Shown: positions 10,067 through 18,825 of the stretch, piece by piece
Numbering within the stretch: the stretch's first letter is position 1
How the letters are laid out: each line of letters opens with the position of its first letter
Origin: Bacteroidales bacterium UBA1756
GTDB lineage: Bacteria; Bacteroidota; Bacteroidia; Bacteroidales; WCHB1-69
Assembly (NCBI GenBank): GCA_002314795.1
Contig: DCHI01000054.1
Location: 1-60,627 of the forward strand
DNA length: 60,627 nt
Direction: 5' to 3'
Made by a program: the position numbers and the translations under genes
The notes under the pieces: generated by a model
The model's input: only the letters and a program-made list of their open reading frames with translations
Told to the model about the DNA's origin: nothing
The model's database searches: none

Positions 10067-11394
10067 TGATTTTTAACGCATCTTACGGAGCAGCCGTACT
10101 CCGCTGTATAATAACCGTATTCAAGGATGGATCCGTTATGGGTGATTCCACGATATACGCACAGACTGTTGGCATTATTGGCACGCGAGGTGGTCCAGAA
10201 GCGGCACTGCTGGTATAGCGCATTGAAGGCTCCGTTATAGTATCCTGATGGCGGTGCCGAGAAAAGTGACTGGTTGTTGGAAGCCACATTGTTGCCGACA
10301 GCGCAGGTCGGGGTGGCTGTCACCCAGAGAGAGTCCACGGCGAGGGTTTTGGACAGGTTGTCGGGGATGCTGCCGCAGGTGTTGGATGCGTCGTGTCGGA
10401 GGAACTCCGCCATCTCGTCAAACTCTGGGTTGGAAGGCAGGTGCCATCCGTCGGGACAGACGCCCTGCATTCCCGACGGGTTGTCGTCGGTGAAACTGTC
10501 GTGGGAGGCGCGGCGGGCCGCACGCAGGTTGTAGAGGAGCCCGAACTGCCGTGTCTCCGACGCCGCGCTGCCGGGGTTGTAGTAGTAAGCGGTGGCGGCT
10601 GATGCCGTTACACCCGCTGGTATTTCCGTGCCGTCGGCAAAGTGCGTTACGCGCAGGTTCTCCCGCATCCAGCACTGTGCCCCGATGACTACTGTGGCAT
10701 ATTCGTTGCCGTCATAGTCGGTCACGGTGCCGCAGCTCACTGCATAGTTCTGGGTGATGGTGTTGTTGACCGCCTCGCCGTTCATTCCCGCCACACCGTA
10801 ACCATTGTCAGCGCGGTTGTAGCAGACTACGCAGTTGATCAGCAAACCACTGTTCATATAGATGCCGCCTCCTTTGGCTGGTGTCCCGTTAGTGGGACTG
10901 AAGGCTATACAGCTGGTGATGACACAGTGGCTTACGGTGCCACCATTGAGCAGGATGCCGCCGCCCTTGTCGGAGGCGCGCCCGTTGAGTACCACGCATC
11001 CCTCCAAACTGCCACCACTGTTCACTGTGGCGACGCGGTGCAGGTGTTCGCCCGACAGGATAGTGCTGTGTGTGGCATCGCGCCAAGTGCTGTTGTCTCC
11101 TGGGTTGTGCTGTTGCGAGAGGTCGGTGCCGGTGCTGCCTGTGGCATAGCCGCCTGTGATATGCACCCCGTTCGGAATGGTCAATTCGGAGGGGAGTTCG
11201 TATTCTCCGGCCATCACACGGATGTTCGCGTTTCCGTTGGCCGTGGTGAGTGCCGCCGCGAGTGTCCTTTTGGCTGTTCCCCAAGAGATGCCGGCACCGC
11301 TGTCGTCCGCAGACGAGGCAGAGACAAAAATCTCCGTCTGTGCGGAAACCGCCAGCGAGCAGCAAATTAGTACCAAAAAAAACAAACGCCTCAT
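10063..11394 (-). CDS. Secreted beta-helix-head / FISUMP (Fib_succ_major, TIGR02145-like) domain protein, paralogue 3 of 3
   Basis: Signal peptide MRRLFFLVLICCSLAVSAQ. The head carries AGEYELPSELTIPNGVHITGGY and GGG-containing beta-helix turns. The FISUMP signature reads DYDGNEYATVVIGAQCWMRENL...GWHLPS..EF...SVRCVK. The stop overlaps the adhesin start (ATGA, 10063-10066). Confidence 0.85.
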   Translation of the reverse strand: MRRLFFLVLICCSLAVSAQTEIFVSASSADDSGAGISWGTAKRTLAAALTTANGNANIRVMAGEYELPSELTIPNGVHITGGYATGSTGTDLSQQHNPGDNSTWRDATHSTILSGEHLHRVATVNSGGSLEGCVVLNGRASDKGGGILLNGGTVSHCVITSCIAFSPTNGTPAKGGGIYMNSGLLINCVVCYNRADNGYGVAGMNGEAVNNTITQNYAVSCGTVTDYDGNEYATVVIGAQCWMRENLRVTHFADGTEIPAGVTASAATAYYYNPGSAASETRQFGLLYNLRAARRASHDSFTDDNPSGMQGVCPDGWHLPSNPEFDEMAEFLRHDASNTCGSIPDNLSKTLAVDSLWVTATPTCAVGNNVASNNQSLFSAPPSGYYNGAFNALYQQCRFWTTSRANNANSLCVYRGITHNGSILEYGYYTAEYGCSVRCVKNQ

Positions 11395-11410
11395 AACACC
11401 ATCAATTTGT

Positions 11411-13696
11411 TTAGTTTTTCACACAACGTACGGAGTAACCGTAGCCTTTTCCATCACTGGAACTTGTCAATGTCGTAGAGTTGAAATTAAGATGATAATA
11501 ATAGGCTGAAGAACTGTATTCTGTTGAAGTCCAGATGCAGGCATAGTTACTGGTGCCGCAGGGACTTGTATTACTATATGAGTAATTATATCCTGCGGGG
11601 ATTGCGTTGAAGCCAGTGGAATTGTTGTCGGTTGGGTTGTTGCCAATGTGGCAGTTCGTATTGCTATTGCTCCAATCGGTAGTGGCAGCTAATGATTTTC
11701 CTATGTTGTTGGCATCCCCATTACACCAATACTGGCTTTCTCCTGATAAATAGTTTTTCAGTTGTTCCCATTCTGCCGTGCTTGGTATATGCCAACCATC
11801 AGGACAAACGCCCTGAACACCGGAGGGGTTGGAGTTGCTGCTTGAAGCACCATTCATAGCCGCTGTCCAATTGTAGAACAACCCGTATGTTTCTATATCC
11901 ACATTGCTGTTTCTGTAATAGGAGGAACTGCTGTTGTTGTAATATATTCCGTTAGGAATTACAATTCCATTGGGAAAGTGGGTTGTTCGCAGGTTTTCCC
12001 TCATCCAGCATTGGTCGCCAATCTGCACGGTCCCGTATGTGTTACCGTCATAGTCGTTGATGGCAAGGTCGCCGCATCCGCCAGGGGTGAACGTGCGTTC
12101 TTCTCCGTAGATGGTCCCTCCGCTGTAGATGATATAGGCCCGCACATAGTAGGTAACACCAGGTGTGAGTCCAGTGAGAGCGGAGGTGAAAGAACCTTCT
12201 CCAAATCCATCGGTGGTATGGCTGTCGTTGATGGTGGGGTTATGATTGGCGCTCCAACATACACCGCGTGCAGTGATGTCGTTGCCGCCATCGGAGCTGG
12301 TGCCGCCACAGGAGGCCGTGGTAGAGGTGATGTCTGTTACACCAGCAGTGTGAACGATAGGTGTAATTGTGATTCCGAGCTGTTTCACGCAGCGCACGGA
12401 ACGCGCCCGGGATCTGTTGGCACTGGCGTCTCGGTTCAAATACGCATTGTCATAATTGATGTAGTATGCCACTGCATTTGCATCGGTTGATGTGGTCGTC
12501 CAAAAATTAGCACAGGCGAGTGAACTGAATCCACCGTCATAATAACCTGCCGGATAGGCGTTGAAAAGGGTTCTGTTGTTGGTGCTTTGGTTGCTTCCCA
12601 CATTGCAGCCGCTCGCGCCGGGCCATCCTGTTCGGGACGACAGGGATTTCGCAATTTGCAAATCATAGCCACTGCATCGGTATGATAGGATAGTGTTGAC
12701 AAAATCTTGCATTTCTACAAACTCTGCATCGCTGGGTACGTGCCACCCTGTGGGGCAGATGCCGGTTACACCGGAGGGGTTGGACTCGGAAGCGGGGGCT
12801 CCGTTCATAGCGGCCACCCAGTTGTACAGGTAACCGTACTGGTTGAGCTGTGAAGGGATGATGCCAGTGTAGTTGACATAGTAGAAGGGGGTAAAAAGAG
12901 AATTCTGTGTGCCTATTGCGATTTCCGTGCCGTTGTTGTAATGACGGCTTCGCATATTCTGCCGGGTCCAGCACTGCTGTCCGAGCACCACTGTGCCATA
13001 AACGTTGCCATCGTAGTCCACGGCTTTGCCGCAGTGAGTGGGCCAGTTGCGGGTGATGGTGTTGTTGATGAGTGTGCCGTTGCCGCCCGACACAGCGGGT
13101 CCCACATCGCCGCGGCATTCGGTGATGACGCAGTTGGTAATCAGACCGCCGTTGCGCACATACACGCCGCCGCCTTCTGCTGACAAGGTGTTATCGTCGA
13201 TGGCATCGCACTCCTTCACTACGCAGTAGCGCAGGGTGCCGCCGTCCAACAGCACACCGCCGCCCAAGGTGGTGGTGAAGCCGAGGCGCAGCACGCAGCC
13301 CTCCAAAAGGCCGCCCAACGTGGCGATGCGGTGCGTGCCGCTGCCGTTGATGATGGTGCAGATGCTGGCATTGGCCCATCGGCTGTTGAGGCCGGGCAGC
13401 TCGCGTTGGGTGGTGTCGGTGCCGGTGGCGGTGAGGCTGTAGCCGCCCATCACGGTCACCCCTGCCGGAATGGTCAACTCAGAGGTGATGTCGTAGTTGC
13501 CGGCCTTCACAAACACAAAGCCGTTGGCACCCGCTACGGTCAGTGCCGCCGCAATCGTTTTCTTGGCGGTACCCCAAGTAAGTCCGTCGCCGTTGTCATT
13601 GGCCGCCGCCGCATTCACAAACGCGTTGGTCTGCGCTTGTGCCCATATCATCCCTCCGCACAACGTTAACAAAAACAAAATAAAACGTCGTATCAT
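11411..13696 (-). CDS. Secreted beta-helix-head protein with two FISUMP domains separated by an Ig/FN3-like segment, paralogue 2 of 3
   Basis: Signal peptide MIRRFILFLLTLCGGMIWAQA. The head is homologous to the neighbouring paralogues. There are two copies of the DYDGN.YGTV.[LI]G.QCW.R.N[ML]...GWH[VI]PS...SVRCVK signature. Confidence 0.85.
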   Translation of the reverse strand: MIRRFILFLLTLCGGMIWAQAQTNAFVNAAAANDNGDGLTWGTAKKTIAAALTVAGANGFVFVKAGNYDITSELTIPAGVTVMGGYSLTATGTDTTQRELPGLNSRWANASICTIINGSGTHRIATLGGLLEGCVLRLGFTTTLGGGVLLDGGTLRYCVVKECDAIDDNTLSAEGGGVYVRNGGLITNCVITECRGDVGPAVSGGNGTLINNTITRNWPTHCGKAVDYDGNVYGTVVLGQQCWTRQNMRSRHYNNGTEIAIGTQNSLFTPFYYVNYTGIIPSQLNQYGYLYNWVAAMNGAPASESNPSGVTGICPTGWHVPSDAEFVEMQDFVNTILSYRCSGYDLQIAKSLSSRTGWPGASGCNVGSNQSTNNRTLFNAYPAGYYDGGFSSLACANFWTTTSTDANAVAYYINYDNAYLNRDASANRSRARSVRCVKQLGITITPIVHTAGVTDITSTTASCGGTSSDGGNDITARGVCWSANHNPTINDSHTTDGFGEGSFTSALTGLTPGVTYYVRAYIIYSGGTIYGEERTFTPGGCGDLAINDYDGNTYGTVQIGDQCWMRENLRTTHFPNGIVIPNGIYYNNSSSSYYRNSNVDIETYGLFYNWTAAMNGASSSNSNPSGVQGVCPDGWHIPSTAEWEQLKNYLSGESQYWCNGDANNIGKSLAATTDWSNSNTNCHIGNNPTDNNSTGFNAIPAGYNYSYSNTSPCGTSNYACIWTSTEYSSSAYYYHLNFNSTTLTSSSDGKGYGYSVRCVKN

Positions 13697-13697
13697 A

Positions 13698-13740
13698 AAT
13701 TTTCAATTTTCAATTTTCAATTTTCAACTCTCAACTTCCA
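13698..13740. repeat. Heptanucleotide tandem repeat filling the intergenic gap between two FISUMP genes
   Basis: The plus strand reads (ATTTTCA)x4, then ACTCTCA and ACTTCCA. On the coding strand this is TGGAAGT TGAGAGT (TGAAAAT)x4 ending 1 nt before the ATG at 13696. Confidence 0.85.
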
Positions 13741-13741
13741 G

Positions 13742-15112
13742 CTATTCGTCCAAAACGCAACGGACAGAATACCCAGAGCGTGTGTTCGAGTAATAATTAA
13801 TGCAGTCACCTAATGACAAGCTATTGCTATCATACCACAGGAAGTATACAACAATGTGTTCACTACTACATCTGGGAGAGCCTGTGGCACTAGAAAAACA
13901 AGCTCTTGCAGCCCCCTCGGAGTAGTTGTTATAGTTGTAAGTGTATAAACCGGCAGGCATCGCGTTGAATCCAGAGGCATTGTTGGTGGCTTGATTGTTG
14001 CCTGGTGCACAAGCGTTTGAGCTGTTTCTCCAACCTGTGCGTGAGGCAAGTGCTTTTGCAACGCTGCCAGACCCGGTACCACATCGGTAGTGGGGGATGG
14101 AATTGACAAAATCCGATAACTCTTGCCATTCGGCAGCGCTGGGGACGTGCCACCCGTTTGGGCACACACCTTGCACACCGGAAGGATTGGCATTCGTTTG
14201 TTCCGCCCCATTCATCAAAGCAGCCCAGTTGTAAAACAGTCCATATTGTACCACATCCAAGGAAGTATTGCGGTAGTAGTACGGAACGGTTGTGCTAGTA
14301 TTTGAACTGGATGCGATGGCTGTACCGTCGGCGTAGTGGGTGGTGCGGAGGTTCTCGCGCATCCAGCACTGCTCGCCGAGGCGCACTGTGTGATACACGT
14401 TGCCGTCGTAGTCGGTCACGGTGCCGCATTGGGTGGGCCAGTTGCGGGTGATGGTGTTGTTGATGAGACTGCCGTCCTCGCCCGACACCGCGGAGCCGTT
14501 GTCGCCTCGGCACTCGGTCACCACGCAGTTGATGAGGGTGCCGTTGTTGCGGATGTAGGCACCTCCGCCTTCAGCGGTGGTGTTGTCATCGGCAAGTGCA
14601 TCGCAGCCCATAATCACACAATAGCGAGCGGTGCCGCCGTCAATCAGCAAACCACCGCCCTTGGTGGTGGAGAGGCCGTCGCGCACCACACAGCCCTCAA
14701 GGGTACCTGCCACGGTGGCAATGCGGAAAGTATTGTTCCCCTTGACGATACTGCACCAGGTGTCGTCCTGCCAGTGGCTGTTCACACCGGGAAGGTGCCG
14801 CAGAGAGGTGTCCGTTCCAATTGACTCGGGCATAAAGCCGCCCATCACGGTCACGCCTGCCGGGATGTTCAACTCGTCGGTGAGGTTGTAGGTGCCGGCT
14901 TTCACAAAGACGGTGCCGTTGCTGCCCGCGAGCGTCAGCGCGGAGGCAAGGCTCTTTTTGGCAGTGCTCCAAGTGGTGCCGTCACCGTTGTCGTTGGTCA
15001 TCGAGGCGGAGACATAGACATTCGTCTGCGCCTGCGTAAATACACAAAATGCCATCAGCAATGGAATACAAACTATGTTTCTCATCCAGCTGCGGTATGA
15101 AAATGTTTTCAT
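13742..15112 (-). CDS. Secreted beta-helix-head / FISUMP domain protein, paralogue 1 of 3 (first gene of cluster)
   Basis: Signal peptide region ...IPLLMAFCVFTQAQT. The head carries AGTYNLTDELNIPAGVTVMGGF and NNTITRNWPTQCG. The FISUMP signature reads DYDGNVYHTVRLGEQCWMRENL...GWHVPS..EW...SVRCV. Confidence 0.85.
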   Translation of the reverse strand: MKTFSYRSWMRNIVCIPLLMAFCVFTQAQTNVYVSASMTNDNGDGTTWSTAKKSLASALTLAGSNGTVFVKAGTYNLTDELNIPAGVTVMGGFMPESIGTDTSLRHLPGVNSHWQDDTWCSIVKGNNTFRIATVAGTLEGCVVRDGLSTTKGGGLLIDGGTARYCVIMGCDALADDNTTAEGGGAYIRNNGTLINCVVTECRGDNGSAVSGEDGSLINNTITRNWPTQCGTVTDYDGNVYHTVRLGEQCWMRENLRTTHYADGTAIASSSNTSTTVPYYYRNTSLDVVQYGLFYNWAALMNGAEQTNANPSGVQGVCPNGWHVPSAAEWQELSDFVNSIPHYRCGTGSGSVAKALASRTGWRNSSNACAPGNNQATNNASGFNAMPAGLYTYNYNNYSEGAARACFSSATGSPRCSSEHIVVYFLWYDSNSLSLGDCINYYSNTRSGYSVRCVLDE

Positions 15113-15144
15113 TTTCTGAATTTATTTAACTAAAAATTTGGCAG

Positions 15145-15152
15145 CAAACATA
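15145..15152 (-). promoter_or_regulatory. Bacteroidetes -7 box (TATGTTTG) with TTTG 21 nt upstream; promoter of the FISUMP/adhesin cluster
   Basis: The reverse complement reads ...TTTTTTTGtcatatactaagattttttacTATGTTTGctgcc, about 33 nt upstream of the ATG at 15112. It matches the TTTG/TAnnTTTG sigma-ABfr consensus. Confidence 0.5.
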
Positions 15153-15719
15153 GTAAAAAATCTTAGTATATGACAAAAAAATGAAAATTTTATCTAATTT
15201 GTTATAATTCAGATAGTTATCAACAAATTTTGTTGGTAACTTTTTTGTTTATTTCTTTAAAAAGTGATTGATATTCAGTAATTTAGAAGCAAAAAACTAC
15301 CACATCTTTTTGCAAAACATTCTATCAGCCAGGAGCTTGTGGCAAAATTCATTTGTATTTCTTCCACCATATTTTCTATGTGAAGGTCAATATTGAGGCG
15401 ACACATCTATCTGATATTGAACGGATTGAGTAATTTTCACTGATTGTAATGATGGCCGTCGTCTGGTACTACAACATCGGCGAGTTCGTCCATCGCAACC
15501 TGAAGCCAATCCGAATTCTCTGATATGGGTAAAAGGCGAAAAGCATCTTCTGTTACGGGTTGGACATTCTCACCGAGTCCCTTGCGCAAAATCGGAACGA
15601 ACACCAACTACAATTCTTTGTTTTCCTGATAATCAATGCAAAACAGTTTGTACTAAGTACGGAGGTAATTGAACTGATTATGAGGGAAATAGCTGTATAG
15701 ATTCTTGTGAATCAATAAG

Positions 15720-16763
15720 TTAATGAAAATAAATCAGATGAATTACAACACGTTCATCTACTACATCAATCAAGCCGAAGGATGTGGAATCCACTTGAAA
15801 TTGCATTAGAAATCCATTGGAGGCGGGGTTGTCGCCCTGCGGCGCGTTGTGTCCGTAAAAGGGAATCCCAATGTTTTCCAAATCCATTATCTTTTGCAAA
15901 TGACCGTCGATGAGTGTGGTTACAGCACATTGGTTGTCAATGATTGTCAAAAAATAGAGTTGATTATGCACGCACCACATATTACGGAATATCGTGTCGT
16001 AGATGGGAGCTCCGTTGTCATCCCATTTTCCTTTAGTCTGATAGACGGTTTTCACATAATTGTCCCGTCGGGAAATTCGTTTGTCGCGACGAAAATTATA
16101 TCGCAGATAATCCTTGCACCACCTTCCTTGTTTCGGATTGTCTATGCAGAATATGGTATGATTATTTATAAAGTAATAGGAGCCATTGTTCCGTACAATG
16201 CGCGTCTCGCTCAATGGATAATAGTATTTTGTTTGAGAATGTCTGTTTTTAAACTCAATCAAGTATTCCTTATTCGCCAAATCAATTCCCCCGATGTCGT
16301 AGGATTCGTAAAATACCTTATAATCAGTATCTTCATAAATTAAATTTGAAATATGGCGTATGGCTTTCCACTTCCATTGAGCATAATCAAATTGATACGG
16401 TGTGTCGCCTTTTTCACGATAAGATTTTGCATACAGTTCGTTATTTTGAGTGAAAAAATCAAAATAAATATTGTCATCGGATTGTGGCGGATAAGGAATT
16501 TCGTGGATTGACTTTCCATCCAACGAAATAGACAAGAGAGTGTTTTTCAAGGCAGTAATGGAATCATTCTGCTCGATTTGGCAAAAACAACAGAAATAGT
16601 GGTCGTGACACTTGGCGGAATGTGTCATTATTAAATTGCAAGTAGTTGCAGTAGAATTAGTTATAGGAATATTAATTGTGTCTTTTATTATAGTGAAATG
16701 TTGTGCCTGAATAGGGTACAAATAAATACATAGTAGAATGACAAGAAATATGAATCGTTTCAT
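15720..16763 (-). CDS. Hypothetical secreted protein (347 aa), AT-rich gene
   Basis: The ORF was trimmed to the internal ATG at 16763, which gives the signal peptide MKRFIFLVILLCIYLYPIQAQ. The longer ORF-track start overlaps the upstream gene. I recognise no family. It is rich in Tyr/Asn/Asp and has a Cys cluster CHDHYFCCFC. Confidence 0.65.
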   Translation of the reverse strand: MKRFIFLVILLCIYLYPIQAQHFTIIKDTINIPITNSTATTCNLIMTHSAKCHDHYFCCFCQIEQNDSITALKNTLLSISLDGKSIHEIPYPPQSDDNIYFDFFTQNNELYAKSYREKGDTPYQFDYAQWKWKAIRHISNLIYEDTDYKVFYESYDIGGIDLANKEYLIEFKNRHSQTKYYYPLSETRIVRNNGSYYFINNHTIFCIDNPKQGRWCKDYLRYNFRRDKRISRRDNYVKTVYQTKGKWDDNGAPIYDTIFRNMWCVHNQLYFLTIIDNQCAVTTLIDGHLQKIMDLENIGIPFYGHNAPQGDNPASNGFLMQFQVDSTSFGLIDVVDERVVIHLIYFH

Positions 16764-16782
16764 TTTTGGCAAAGAACAGGAA

Positions 16783-17964
16783 TTAGTTTTTTTTCTTTTT
16801 CCCAAAAGAGACGAACTGGAAGCCGTAGCACCATTCCAAATAATCGACGGAGCCGGCGTGCGCCTTAACAGTGGCGCCAACGAAATGGTTGTAATTTTTT
16901 CCTAACAGAACGCGGAAACCCGCACGTTCGTAAAAGGGCGTGTAGAATGAGAACGCCTTGTTGAGGTAAACGGCCGCGCTGACGTGCAAGACAAAACGTC
17001 CGTACAAAACCTCAAATGAGGCGAAGGCGGCCTCGCTGAAATATTTCTTGGTCTGCCGCATCTCTTCCGGCAGGTGGCGACTCAGTTCGCCGCTGTAGTT
17101 GATGTCGATGCCAACGCCATAGCGGAACTTGGGATGGAACTGCCGCAAATAGCCCAATTGCAGCGTCGTCCCCAAATAGTATGGACCTGCGGCGCCATTG
17201 GTTACTTTCGCATCCTTTTTCGACTGGCGTGTTCCGGCCGTCACCATAAAGTAAAAACTGTTTTTCTTGACGAAGGCCGTGTCCCGATGTTTCCACGAAA
17301 AGCCGAGCGAGTCCTGTTTTCCCAAATAGCATTTCACACCAATGGCGCCCGACAAAGGATTGATCCCCATATTGGGGAGCTTCATCGCCGCATTCGACGA
17401 GTGTGAAAAGTTGGCCCGCAACGTCAGCGCGGTTTGAGGCGTCAGACGGCAGTCAACGCCCAAGGCAAGGTCGATGTGGGCATTGAGATGGTCCCCGATG
17501 AAACGGTTCCCCGGATTGGTGATTTCATTGTACGGATTTTGCCAATATGAAACACCCAAGCCGAATTGATAGTGGAATGTCCAACGTCGATTCCGGAAAA
17601 TGGTGCCGTTGTAGTAGGCGAAAACGGCCGCCGTGTTTCCGAACATAGTCGTATCGAAATGAGCGTAACGGAGTGCGAATCCGATTTCGGGATAGTTGAA
17701 CAGACGTTCCCATTCGTGTTTCCCGCGGGTCTGGTGGCCGAAACGAATTTCCGCGCCGTAGGTGGAAACGCCGGAAAGAAACGCCGTATTGGACGCATTG
17801 GGGATGACGCGCCCTACCCGAAATGCGGGCTCAATGTAACCATTGAGTTGCGCCTTCGCGTGAAACGGGACAAACGCGCATACAACCATCACCAAAAGAC
17901 AAAACTGTTTTTTGAAAATGGGTGGAAAAGAAGGGAGGTTAGTTGTTTTCAACATCACTGACAT
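16783..17964 (-). CDS. Acyloxyacyl hydrolase / lipid A 3-O-deacylase (PagL-like) outer-membrane protein
   Basis: Signal peptide ...LLVMVVCAFVPFHAKAQ. The sequence has beta-barrel-like alternation and the catalytic-type motif FSHSSNA (H-x-S-N), as in the PagL family. The start could be ATG 17964 or 17955. Confidence 0.6.
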   Translation of the reverse strand: MSVMLKTTNLPSFPPIFKKQFCLLVMVVCAFVPFHAKAQLNGYIEPAFRVGRVIPNASNTAFLSGVSTYGAEIRFGHQTRGKHEWERLFNYPEIGFALRYAHFDTTMFGNTAAVFAYYNGTIFRNRRWTFHYQFGLGVSYWQNPYNEITNPGNRFIGDHLNAHIDLALGVDCRLTPQTALTLRANFSHSSNAAMKLPNMGINPLSGAIGVKCYLGKQDSLGFSWKHRDTAFVKKNSFYFMVTAGTRQSKKDAKVTNGAAGPYYLGTTLQLGYLRQFHPKFRYGVGIDINYSGELSRHLPEEMRQTKKYFSEAAFASFEVLYGRFVLHVSAAVYLNKAFSFYTPFYERAGFRVLLGKNYNHFVGATVKAHAGSVDYLEWCYGFQFVSFGKKKKN

Positions 17965-18823
17965 ACTGATGGATTCTTTCGATAGCAAGGATGTTTCGGG
18001 GCGACAGAACGTCAATCCATCCGGACGGAATGGCATACACATTGCCTTTTCTGACGGCGGTGAGTTGGTCGTAGGGTGCCGTGTTACAGAAGCTTTCTTT
18101 GTCCTCTTCCCGGATGAAAATCAAGTCGGGGTCTTGTTCAAAAAGGTACTCGCGGCTCACGTTCCAGCTGTGGAGCGGTTCCCCGATGTTTCGTCCTCCG
18201 GCCATCGCGATTATGTCCTGGATGTACGAATTGCCGGGTGCCGTAAAGTCGCCGGTTTTCCCGAAGCCGACCACGTAATAGACACTTTTTCTTCCCGCCG
18301 AATCTGCATTGTGGAAAGATTTTAATTTCTGCCGGTACTCCGTTTCCAAACGGGCCGCCTCGTTTTCCCTGTTGAGAATCTTTCCCAAAATCTGAATAGT
18401 GGAAAAGAGGTCTGAAATATGGTTTTCCGCTTTGACGGAAAAGACGGGAATGCCGGCTCGTTCAATCTTTCCGACGTCCTCCTTGCTGACAACAGACGAA
18501 ATAATAACCAAATCGGGATGGAGTGCCAACAAACTTTCGACATTGATATTAATAAGTTTTCCGACCTTCGTGATCTTCGCTGTTTCGGGCGGATAGTCAC
18601 AAAAGTCGGAAATTCCTATCAGTTTTTCTTCGGCGCCCAACAGAAAAGTGATTTCTGTTACGGCAGATGAAAAGGAGATGATTCTCTTGGGTTCGTCCTG
18701 AAGGACGATGTTTCGTTGATAACAATCTTCGCCTTTAAAAAAGCATTCGGTTTTGTCCGAACCTTTTTGCTGACAAGCCGAAAAGATGGTCAGCACGAAA
18801 AGCAAGGCGAGACATTTTTTCAA
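17939..18823 (-). CDS. ABC transporter substrate-binding lipoprotein (Peripla_BP_2, BtuF/siderophore-binding type)
   Basis: Lipoprotein signal MKKCLALLFVLTIFSAC. Typical motifs are present: RIISFSSAVTEITFLLGAEEKLIG, LALHPDLVI and DPDLIF. Confidence 0.8.
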   Translation of the reverse strand: MKKCLALLFVLTIFSACQQKGSDKTECFFKGEDCYQRNIVLQDEPKRIISFSSAVTEITFLLGAEEKLIGISDFCDYPPETAKITKVGKLININVESLLALHPDLVIISSVVSKEDVGKIERAGIPVFSVKAENHISDLFSTIQILGKILNRENEAARLETEYRQKLKSFHNADSAGRKSVYYVVGFGKTGDFTAPGNSYIQDIIAMAGGRNIGEPLHSWNVSREYLFEQDPDLIFIREEDKESFCNTAPYDQLTAVRKGNVYAIPSGWIDVLSPRNILAIERIHQYVSDVENN

Positions 18824-18825
18824 GA

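Noticed and set aside
10248-14972. Several overlapping ORFs lie inside the three FISUMP genes, for example 10642-11370, 10889-11365, 11978-12490, 12663-13118, 13331-13669 and 14336-14824.
   Set aside because: They are antisense or out-of-frame shadows typical of GC-rich genes. They give Arg/Pro/Ala-rich nonsense translations, while the annotated frames have signal peptides and recognisable domains.
15720-16880. The ORF track offers longer starts for three genes: 15720-16880, 26739-28106 and 36266-37372.
   Set aside because: The extensions overlap the upstream gene or a TAnnTTTG promoter box and precede a much better signal peptide or start (MKRF..., MKRF..., MKKEDE...). I trimmed them to the internal ATGs.
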